Positions 41,952 to 50,099 of a stretch of 64,000 nucleotides of DNA are shown here, in pieces. The stretch spans positions 10,629 to 74,628 of the forward strand of contig JASLNT010000006.1 in NCBI GenBank assembly GCA_030745875.1, given 5' to 3'. A program made the position numbers and the translations under genes. Under the pieces are notes generated by a model. That model searched no databases. It was not told the DNA's origin and worked only from the letters and a program-made list of their open reading frames with translations. Positions within the stretch are counted from its first letter, which is position 1. Each line of letters starts with the position of its first letter. Source of the DNA: Phycisphaerae bacterium. Lineage in GTDB: Bacteria; Planctomycetota; Phycisphaerae; SM23-33.

Positions 41952-42852
41952 CTCCAGAAATCTCCAGAGGAACCTTAACGTGACCTACACCAGAAATCCG
42001 AACATTCAGGACGCACGTGCGGGGGCATTCACGCTTGTAGAACTCCTTGTGGTGATAGTGGTTATTATGATTCTGGCGTCGCTTGTAGCGCCGCTTTCGA
42101 GCGTTGCCACCGAGCGGGCGCGCCAGAGCAACTGTGGTGAGAAACTCAAGAACCTTCACCAGGCCGCCGCGTTGTACGGAAGTGCGAACGGCAACCTCGT
42201 TCCGCTGGTTCACGAGGCTACCGATTTCGGCGCCGTGGGCAAGATTCTCGCCAGCGGCGGGCGGTTCGCAGAGAAGTACATGGGGCAATCGTGGAATGGA
42301 GAGGGCAACAAGGCCACCGGCAAGTACGCCGACATGCTGAAGGACGACAACGTGTTCCAGTGCCCCGGAGCGCTCGAGAAGGCGGACCATTTCCTGAAGA
42401 AGGAAAGCACAAACTACCGGCTTACCGCGTTTGGTCTGTATACAGGCGGATCCAGCGGGCTGCACCCGTCAATGATGACTATAGGCGGAACCGTCCAGAA
42501 ACTGGCCGAATCTTCAAGGGGCGGGACAAAAATGCACCCCGCCGGCGAGGTCGCGATGGCGATGGACTGGATATGGTCCCGCAACGCTCAGGGGCTTGGC
42601 GGTTTCAACGGCGGATCGCTGAAGAATCACAACAAGGGCGCCAACGTTCTTTACGGTTCAGGCTCGGTGAAATGGGTGAATTACGGTACGATGCGCACAG
42701 TCCCGACCGTTCCGGGTTTGCTCATACCGCCCGGAACCTACGGTTTTGTGAAGGGCGGAACGAACGGGACGCACATTTTCGCCCCGTGCAGGGAAGTTAT
42801 CAAACCCAGCACCTCCGAACCCAGAAAGCCCGGTGTAGGGGTTATGTGGTAG
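41944..42852 (+). CDS. DUF1559 (H-X9-DG-like) prepilin-type pseudopilin
   Basis: ...RAG then AFTLVELLVVIVVIMILASL class-III leader; C-terminal HNKGANVLYGSGSVKW resembling H-X9-DG. Confidence 0.8.
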   Translation: MSSSRNLQRNLNVTYTRNPNIQDARAGAFTLVELLVVIVVIMILASLVAPLSSVATERARQSNCGEKLKNLHQAAALYGSANGNLVPLVHEATDFGAVGKILASGGRFAEKYMGQSWNGEGNKATGKYADMLKDDNVFQCPGALEKADHFLKKESTNYRLTAFGLYTGGSSGLHPSMMTIGGTVQKLAESSRGGTKMHPAGEVAMAMDWIWSRNAQGLGGFNGGSLKNHNKGANVLYGSGSVKWVNYGTMRTVPTVPGLLIPPGTYGFVKGGTNGTHIFAPCREVIKPSTSEPRKPGVGVMW

Positions 42853-43085
42853 GGATAATACTCTGCGGGGGAGCGGTTAACGCTTGATGTCAATCGGCGG
42901 GGGCGCTCGGCGAGAGCAAAAAGCAAATCTAATATGCAATACCTGCGTTATGTATGTCGTTATGCATAAAGTCAGGTGGAATATCGTGTTTCCGCGTTAC
43001 CAGTCGAGGTCTCGGACCACTAGTATATTGTTGTTGACGCATATGACCGGCGGCTGGACCTGCGAAAGAAAACGTAATATGCCTA

Positions 43086-43114
43086 TTGACGTTTCGGAGT
43101 ATTCGGACTATAAT
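43086..43114 (+). promoter_or_regulatory. near-consensus sigma70 promoter (TTGACG-17nt-TATAAT) in an AT-rich island, ~180 nt upstream of the first paralog
   Basis: Seen in sequence: -35 TTGACG at 43086-43091, 17-nt spacer, -10 TATAAT at 43109-43114. Confidence 0.45.
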
Positions 43115-43299
43115 CTTTTTATGCTATAGCCCGCCATACTTGGGAGAGTTGGGATCTCTTTGGCGGTAATGAGTTGTTCGGTAGCATCTGCCGAACGTGA
43201 CTAACGGAGAAGTTGTCCATCCTTAGGGTTATGCAGCGTTGATTGTTTCTTCGGGAGAGAAGTGATAGGACCGGCCTGTGAGGCGGCCTGCGAGCTACT

Positions 43300-44589
43300 A
43301 TGAGTGAAGAACGAGGCAATACGGCATTAGATACATTGTCCGACGCGCACCATGAGACCATCAAGACCGTTCATTCGGTGAGGAAATGGGTTGCGGCGCT
43401 GGCTGTGCTGGGTTTTGCGTCGTGGGTGATTCTCGCTATGGTGATATCGCAAAGTCGGGTCCCGTCGGCAGCCAGCGGAAACGCCGCCTACGCAACCAGC
43501 AAACCCATGATCGCCACTGACGGTCCGTGGGGTCGGCTTGAATACAGTCCGATAGTAGTTTCTCCCCCGCGTGAGTACGTCGCCGAGAGCGCCGTGGACT
43601 TCTCCGGACCGGTGGTGTGGCATTTTCCAAATGTGGGATCGACGGGGCTCAGTCGCCTGCTCAAGGAGATCGGTTTTGACGCAGGGCTCGTAGCTGATTT
43701 GGAGATTATCGCTCGAGCGAACGTTTCGATGCCTGGAATGAGCCTCCATCCGTCGAAGGAATTCGTGCTGGGCCTCAGCGCGGATAATCGGGCAAAACTC
43801 TATCTCGCCCTTGCCGATTACCCCCAAAACACCGATTGTCGCAATCAGTTCCTGTTTCGCGGCCGGACGACCGAGGAGTGGTTCGCCGGATCCGATGTTT
43901 CTCCGGAAACAAGGAAACTTGTGGAGCCCTTGATATACCGACACGGTAATTTCATGTACTTCGCCGACATGCGGAGTATCGATGCGGACATTCCCTCCAA
44001 GGAACAGCGATTGGAGCTCCTGAGAACGCTCAGGCGAGATTCCACTTTCCTGGTTCACGTGAAAGTGTCGAACAAGGAGGATGTTGACGGGCTTGTCAAC
44101 TACTGGGGACGGGCCGGGCGAGTGCAGGATGTGCGACCGATCCTTGAGTCGCTGGCGGGGCGTCCCGAAGAACAGTTAATCAACATCACACATCTCCTGC
44201 CTCCGCTGGCCCGGAGGAAACTCTACACTTATTCAGCTCGGTTGATTCAGGACTTCAAGATGACGCGCGACTGCCACTGGACCACCGCAAATTTCTTCCA
44301 GGAAACGCCTGACGATAAGTTTGCCGACGCGAACATGTTCTTCGCCGAACTGAGAGAGGAATTCTATCGAATCCACGGAAATCTGCAGTTGGGCGACGCT
44401 GCTCTGGTTGTCGATTCCAGAGGGGCGCCGGTTCATTCGGCGACCTATATTGCTGACGACATATTCTTCCACAGATGCGGGTCAGACTCATCGTCCCCAT
44501 GGGCGCTGACTAAGGGGGAGGACCTGCTGGGCTTCTACCCGCGGCGAGGGAAGCTCACGATTCAGTACTATCGGCGGAAGAATATGTAA
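43300..44589 (+). CDS. membrane-anchored hypothetical protein, paralog 1, with NlpC/P60-like Cys...GD...His signature
   Basis: One TM (WVAALAVLGFASWVILAMVI); C-terminal RDCHWTTANFF ... LQLGDAALVVD ... VHSATYIADDIFFH. Confidence 0.65.
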   Translation: MSEERGNTALDTLSDAHHETIKTVHSVRKWVAALAVLGFASWVILAMVISQSRVPSAASGNAAYATSKPMIATDGPWGRLEYSPIVVSPPREYVAESAVDFSGPVVWHFPNVGSTGLSRLLKEIGFDAGLVADLEIIARANVSMPGMSLHPSKEFVLGLSADNRAKLYLALADYPQNTDCRNQFLFRGRTTEEWFAGSDVSPETRKLVEPLIYRHGNFMYFADMRSIDADIPSKEQRLELLRTLRRDSTFLVHVKVSNKEDVDGLVNYWGRAGRVQDVRPILESLAGRPEEQLINITHLLPPLARRKLYTYSARLIQDFKMTRDCHWTTANFFQETPDDKFADANMFFAELREEFYRIHGNLQLGDAALVVDSRGAPVHSATYIADDIFFHRCGSDSSSPWALTKGEDLLGFYPRRGKLTIQYYRRKNM

Positions 44590-44655
44590 GCCCAGGGTCT
44601 GTTTACGGACCAGCCGCAGAGCAGGGGATGTTCCCGCTGGAACGGTGCAGTAACT

Positions 44656-45960
44656 ATGCAGGGCCGTATGGACACCCAAGAACACGATATGCTGGACGAC
44701 GATTCCGTTGAGTTGCTTGCTGAGGCGTCCGAGATCATTCGATCCGCGAAGAAGTGGATTATCGTCCTCTCGGTCGCTGCAGTCTTGTCGTGGGTGCTCA
44801 GCGGGGCGGTGTTGATTCTGACTTCCCACGCTCGTATCGAAACAGCCGATGCTCGCGGATATCCGCCTGCTGATTCCTACCGAACGAACTCCGGACCCTG
44901 GGGGCGACTTGAGCACCTTCCGGTAGTCATTGCCCCGCCGCTTGAAAACGTCTCTGAGAATATCGAGGATTTCTCGGCGTCGGCGGTGTGGCGGTTTCCA
45001 AACGTCGGACCGGCGGAATTGCCCGTTCTATTCGAGAGTATCTCCCTTTCGGACTCCCTGCGGACCAAACTGCTGTCGATGGCTCAGATCGATATTTCGC
45101 TCCGCGGAATGGTGATCCGACCTTCCAGAGAATTCGTACTCGGGCTCAGCCGCATCGACAGGGGGAAGCTCTACACGGCGTTGTGCGGTTACATGGAAAA
45201 CGGCGATCAGCAGAAACAGTTCGTATTTCGCGGAACTTCCCCGGAGCAGTGGTTCACAGGATCGGGCGTGTCTCCGGACACCAGGAAGCTCGTCGAGCCC
45301 CTCATCTACCGCCATCGCGGGTTCATGTACTTCGCGGATCTGAGGAGCATTGCAGAGACGGTAAACCCGCCAAGCCAACTTCCCCGTCTGGTTCGGGCAT
45401 TGAGTCGAGATGCGACGGTTCTTGTTCATCTCAAGCTTGACAAGAACGATAACATTGACGCGTTGGTGAAGTACTGGGGATGCGGCGGGCGGGAGCAACA
45501 GGTCAGACCGATCCTTGAATCGCTCGTGCGAAACGGGGTCGAGCGGGAGATCAATATCGTACATCTTCTACCTCCGCTGGCCAGGCGGAAGCTCTACACG
45601 TATTCGCCGCGACTGGACGCCGAGACCAGGCCCAAACGAGACTGCAACTGGACAGCCGCGAATTTCTTCAACGAGACGCCCGACGATCGGTTTTGCGATC
45701 CCAAAGAAGTTGTCAAGATGCTGCGAAACGACTATCGCCGAGTCCACAGCAGCCTCCAGTTGGGCGACATTGCAGTTGTTCTCGACGAGAAGAAGATGTC
45801 GGTGCATTCGGCTGTGTATGTCGCCGACGAAATTTACTTCCACAAATGCGGACCGGGCGCCTCGGCGCCGTGGACCCTCGCTCGGGAAAAAGACCTCGCA
45901 AGCTACTACCCGCGAACCAAACAAGGCTCCATATGGTTCTATCGCCGCAAAGACCTGTAG
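44656..45960 (+). CDS. membrane-anchored hypothetical protein, paralog 2 (tandem duplicate of 43300..44589)
   Basis: Colinear with paralog 1; same motifs RDCNWTAANFF, LQLGDIAVVLD, VHSAVYVADEIYFH. Confidence 0.65.
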   Translation: MQGRMDTQEHDMLDDDSVELLAEASEIIRSAKKWIIVLSVAAVLSWVLSGAVLILTSHARIETADARGYPPADSYRTNSGPWGRLEHLPVVIAPPLENVSENIEDFSASAVWRFPNVGPAELPVLFESISLSDSLRTKLLSMAQIDISLRGMVIRPSREFVLGLSRIDRGKLYTALCGYMENGDQQKQFVFRGTSPEQWFTGSGVSPDTRKLVEPLIYRHRGFMYFADLRSIAETVNPPSQLPRLVRALSRDATVLVHLKLDKNDNIDALVKYWGCGGREQQVRPILESLVRNGVEREINIVHLLPPLARRKLYTYSPRLDAETRPKRDCNWTAANFFNETPDDRFCDPKEVVKMLRNDYRRVHSSLQLGDIAVVLDEKKMSVHSAVYVADEIYFHKCGPGASAPWTLAREKDLASYYPRTKQGSIWFYRRKDL

Positions 45961-46005
45961 GCTCCAGCGCGCAGTATGTGGGTCCGGGGAGGCCGGGCGA
46001 CTGAA

Positions 46006-47241
46006 TTACTTACCGCTCTTGATCGGATCGGACAGGATTTCGATGTCCTTGTACTCCACGTGCATTTCCTGCCCGCCGTGCAACTGCAAACCAAGATAGC
46101 CCTCGCTTCGCCCAGGATCGTTCTTCAATTCCGCGGTCTTGCGATCGTTAACGTGCACGACGATTCGCTTACCGCGCGCCGAGACTGTCATCTGGTTCCA
46201 CTGGCCCTGCTTGACGAGTTTCTTGATCTGCTTGGCGTCGGGCCTGGTGACCCAAGCCCGCCCGCCGGTCTCGTACAGCCCACCGACGGCCATGTCGTCA
46301 GCGGCGATCTCGGCTTGGAAACCGTTGACGTTAACGTTGCTCTTGACTTTGTCGACGCGGAAATAGAGCCCGCTGTTGCCTTTTAAGGCTTTGAACTTCA
46401 GGCGGATCGTAAAGTCCTTGTACTTCTTATCGCTGAGCAGAATCCCATGCTTGCGTTCAGTTTTGGGGCAGGAGCCCACGATCGCTCCGTCCTTGACCTC
46501 CCACTTACCGCCCGGAGTTGCGGACCATCCCTTCAGCGTTTTTCCGTCAAACAGGGGCAGCCACTTGCGATGCCCCAGATCCTTGATCTTCAGATTCCTC
46601 CAGCAGACCGACACCGGATCGGCCCGCTTGCCCACACCGTGGACCTGCAACCCGATAAAACCGCTCAACGTCATGGAGTCAACCAGGTCAGCCGCCGCCA
46701 CGCCGTTCAACTGCGTCTTAAGCGAATCGGCAATGGCCTCGACGCGGACCTTGTTCCACTCGTTCTGCTTGAAGGCCTTGCGCGCCGGTTCGTTGCCCAG
46801 GAGGTTGTTCAACCAGCCGCGACGGCCTTCCTCGTAAATGCCCGCCGTCCAGGCCCGTTTGGACGGATCTATCTCAACCTGGTATCCATGGACTCGCCCG
46901 GACTTGTACGACTGGAGGCTGTTGGAGCGGATCTGTACGCCTGAGTTAAGCGACGGGTCGACCTTGAATTCGTATTCGAGAACGAAGTCGCCGTACGCTT
47001 TCTTCGTGCAAAGAAAACTGTTGGGCGTATTCGGAACTGACGAACCGACGATCACGCCGTCTTTGGCTTGGTATTTCGCCTTCCCGCCAAACTGCTTCCA
47101 TCCGTCGAGGGTTTTACCGTCAAACAAAGGGACGAACTTCACTTCAGCCGCAACAGGTTTGGGTTTCTCTTCCGCCCGCGCCGCGGCCGCAAACAGTACG
47201 ACACTGGCGACTAAAACGCTCTTACCGATCAGATTCATCAT
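46006..47241 (-). CDS. secreted protein with two tandem DUF1080 (3-keto-disaccharide hydrolase / LamG-like) domains
   Basis: Signal peptide MMNLIGKSVLVASVVLFAAAARA; duplicated FVPLFDGKTLDGWKQ / WLPLFDGKTLKGWSA blocks; start taken at internal MM. Confidence 0.75.
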   Translation of the reverse strand: MMNLIGKSVLVASVVLFAAAARAEEKPKPVAAEVKFVPLFDGKTLDGWKQFGGKAKYQAKDGVIVGSSVPNTPNSFLCTKKAYGDFVLEYEFKVDPSLNSGVQIRSNSLQSYKSGRVHGYQVEIDPSKRAWTAGIYEEGRRGWLNNLLGNEPARKAFKQNEWNKVRVEAIADSLKTQLNGVAAADLVDSMTLSGFIGLQVHGVGKRADPVSVCWRNLKIKDLGHRKWLPLFDGKTLKGWSATPGGKWEVKDGAIVGSCPKTERKHGILLSDKKYKDFTIRLKFKALKGNSGLYFRVDKVKSNVNVNGFQAEIAADDMAVGGLYETGGRAWVTRPDAKQIKKLVKQGQWNQMTVSARGKRIVVHVNDRKTAELKNDPGRSEGYLGLQLHGGQEMHVEYKDIEILSDPIKSGK

Positions 47242-47395
47242 GTCTTGCTCCTTAGGTTGTAAGGCGATTGTATCGACGGCGGGGCCTGCGGCAAGTCTGT
47301 TTTTCTTGACTCGGACGCAGGCATGCCCAAGAATGGAATTAGGCGTTCCAAACGATAAATGAAACCACCTATCGTCTCGATCACAAGGAGATGGC

Positions 47396-48841
47396 ATGAT
47401 GACATTTCGAAAACTCCTCCCGGCCGCGATAATCGTTCTCCTGGCGGGCGTCGAAACCGGATCGAGAGCCTGCGACACATGGGTCGCCATGCGCGACCAG
47501 ACAACGTGCGGGTATACAATCCACGCCAAGAACAGCGACAGGCCGGTTTTCGGATGCCAGCCCCTGGTCTACAACGCAGCAAAGAAATGGCCCGCCGGCG
47601 CACAAATAGACCTCGTGCGGACGAAGATCCCCCAAGCCGCCGAAACTTACGCAACGCTCGGATCCAGCCCATACTGGTCATGGGGATATGAAGAAGGGAT
47701 AAACGAGCACAGTGTCGCGATAGGCAACGAAGCGGTATGGACGAAACCGCTGGCCGAAGACGCCGCCGCCCACCGTGCGGGCAAGAGCCCCAAATTCGGA
47801 CCCAACGGTATGGACCTGGTCAGGTTGGGACTCGAACGGGGCAAGACCGCCCGCCAGGCGCTCGATGCGATAGCCCGCGTCGTCGAGAAACACGGTCAGT
47901 TCGGGTCCGCCAGCCCTACGCGAGGCGTCTCGGGCGGATATCACAACTCCTTCATTATCGCAGATCCCAACGAGGCGTGGATTCTCGAAACCGCCGGACA
48001 CCGATGGGCCGCAAAGCGACTGAAGAAGGGCGCCACGTCAATCTCGAACGCACTATCGCTTGGAACAGACATCGATCTGAAGTCCGCCGACCTGGTGTCT
48101 TACGCGATTGGAAAGAATTGGTGGCCGGAGGGCAAGGATGCGGAATTCCATTTCCAGCACGCGTACTCGCCGCGAACCAAGAAGGACGACCCCGTTGTCA
48201 CCCGAGTGCACGGACGGGCCGCCTGCTCGCGCAGGATGCTGGCGGAGAAACCCGGAAAGGTGGATGTTCGGTGGATGATGAACATTGCGAGATGTCGGCA
48301 GATCGGGCTGAACATAACCGCCAGCTCCGCCGTCAGCGTCCTTCCGCACACCGACGCGGAACTGCCGGTCTATTGGTGGTGTCCTTCAACGCCCGCGGCC
48401 AGTTGCTACATTCCTTTCTTCGTTCACGGATCGGGCGTACCGAAAATCGTATCGACCGCCGGAACGCACGGCAGTGCGGTGGAAATGCCCAGCAAGACCA
48501 AACGCGATAAGTTCTCCGACAAATCGTACTGGTGGTTGGTTCGCGATCTGGCTGACAAGGTCCGGGCCGACCCCAAGACTCGCGCCCCGATTGTCAGAGA
48601 AGCCTTCGACGCCCTGGAGAAGGAGTTCCAAAACGGGTTGGGCGATCTCGTAAAAACGGCCGCAAAACTCAGAAAGAGCGGAAAACCAGAAGCTGCGGCG
48701 AAAATACTGGACGCGTACACCAACGAATGTTTAAAGAAAGTGCTGGTCCGTTTAGAATCGCTTCGCAACCGCTTCTCGGAGAAACCGCAGCCCAAAAGTT
48801 CTGAGAAAGGTTTCCGCGATGTTGTCGGACCGAAGCGGTAG
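47396..48841 (+). CDS. secreted peptidase C69-family (Ntn-hydrolase) dipeptidase-like protein
   Basis: Signal peptide then ACDTWVAMRDQTTCGYTIHAKNSDRP (N-terminal nucleophile Cys pattern of C69). Confidence 0.55.
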   Translation: MMTFRKLLPAAIIVLLAGVETGSRACDTWVAMRDQTTCGYTIHAKNSDRPVFGCQPLVYNAAKKWPAGAQIDLVRTKIPQAAETYATLGSSPYWSWGYEEGINEHSVAIGNEAVWTKPLAEDAAAHRAGKSPKFGPNGMDLVRLGLERGKTARQALDAIARVVEKHGQFGSASPTRGVSGGYHNSFIIADPNEAWILETAGHRWAAKRLKKGATSISNALSLGTDIDLKSADLVSYAIGKNWWPEGKDAEFHFQHAYSPRTKKDDPVVTRVHGRAACSRRMLAEKPGKVDVRWMMNIARCRQIGLNITASSAVSVLPHTDAELPVYWWCPSTPAASCYIPFFVHGSGVPKIVSTAGTHGSAVEMPSKTKRDKFSDKSYWWLVRDLADKVRADPKTRAPIVREAFDALEKEFQNGLGDLVKTAAKLRKSGKPEAAAKILDAYTNECLKKVLVRLESLRNRFSEKPQPKSSEKGFRDVVGPKR

Positions 48842-48883
48842 GGGGGTTGCAACTGCGAACATCAGGCGGGTATGGTATGCGGC

Positions 48884-49537
48884 ATGAATCGACTGAAGAT
48901 CATAGTGACCGCCGGACCCACCCGCGAGTACGTCGATAGTGTCAGGTTTATCTCCAACGCATCGAGCGGGCTGATGGGTTGCGAAGTCGCCGCCGCCGCT
49001 GCACACGCGCACGACGTCACGCTCCTGATCGGAGGGGCGGGAGTTCCAGCGGAGATCTCGACGCGACTTGATTCCGTTCGGATAGTCCCGTTCGGCGGGG
49101 TGTGCGATCTGAAGGAGAAACTCACCGGGCTTTTTGATGACTGCGACGCGCTTGTAATGAGCGCGGCGGTGGGGGACTTCCGACCCGCCAGCCGCTTTGA
49201 AGGCAAGATTCCCCGCAAGGGCGGACCTGTTGTATTGCGACTCGAGCCGACCGAAGATATTCTCGCCGGTCTGGCCGCGGGCAAACGGAGCGAGCAGATC
49301 GTTATCGCCTTTGCAGTAGAAGACGGGCCCCGAGAGGAAATTGAGGCCAAGGCAATTGACGAAATGAAAGCCAAAGGCGCCGATTATGTTGTTGTAAATA
49401 CTCCCGCAGCAATGGGTCGCGAGGAATCGGAGGCGTGCATTCTATCGGTCGGCGGGGTGAAACTGCCCTGGGCCAATCGCCCGAAAAGCGTCCTGGCTCG
49501 CGAGATTGTCGACCTTCTGGAAGCGTCTGAAGCCTAG
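48884..49537 (+). CDS. coaB: phosphopantothenate-cysteine ligase (stand-alone CoaB domain)
   Basis: KIIVTAGPTREYVDSVRFISNASSGLMGCEVA matches CoaB; no CoaC (flavoprotein) half present. Confidence 0.8.
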   Translation: MNRLKIIVTAGPTREYVDSVRFISNASSGLMGCEVAAAAAHAHDVTLLIGGAGVPAEISTRLDSVRIVPFGGVCDLKEKLTGLFDDCDALVMSAAVGDFRPASRFEGKIPRKGGPVVLRLEPTEDILAGLAAGKRSEQIVIAFAVEDGPREEIEAKAIDEMKAKGADYVVVNTPAAMGREESEACILSVGGVKLPWANRPKSVLAREIVDLLEASEA

Positions 49538-49609
49538 GACGCTCCAGACACTTACCAAAAACCATGACCCGCCGGACAGCAACCGGACGTTTCAGATGGA
49601 GAGAAAAGT

Positions 49610-50062
49610 ATGAGCGGTCCGATAAAAATAGAAATACGCCGTAAGGACGGATGCCAAGACATAGCGCTCCCGCAGTATATGAGCGAGCACGCCGCGGGCA
49701 TGGATGTGTGTGCAGCGTGCGAGGGCGAAGTTAGAATCGCCCCGGGAGACGTGAAACTTGTGCACGCCGGTTTCTATATGGCCGTTCCGGTCGGTTATGA
49801 GGCGCAGATGAGGCCTCGCAGCGGGCTGGCTTTAAAACATGGTATTGTGCTGCCTAACTCACCGGGCACTATCGACGCGGACTATCGCGGAGAAGTGTGC
49901 GTAATCCTGGGCAATGTCGGGCGTGACGAATTCGTGGTCACGCGCGGCATGCGGATAGCCCAGATGGTAATCGCGCCGGTGACGCGGGCGGAGGTAATCG
50001 AGGTCGACACGCTCGACGAAACTGCCAGAGGAACCGGCGGGTTCGGGCATACGGGCGTTTGA
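49610..50062 (+). CDS. dut: dUTP diphosphatase
   Basis: [37 protein letters not shown] motifs. Confidence 0.9.
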   Translation: MSGPIKIEIRRKDGCQDIALPQYMSEHAAGMDVCAACEGEVRIAPGDVKLVHAGFYMAVPVGYEAQMRPRSGLALKHGIVLPNSPGTIDADYRGEVCVILGNVGRDEFVVTRGMRIAQMVIAPVTRAEVIEVDTLDETARGTGGFGHTGV

Positions 50063-50099
50063 CTGCAAGGAAGCACAGGAAGTAAGACGGACGCTAAGG

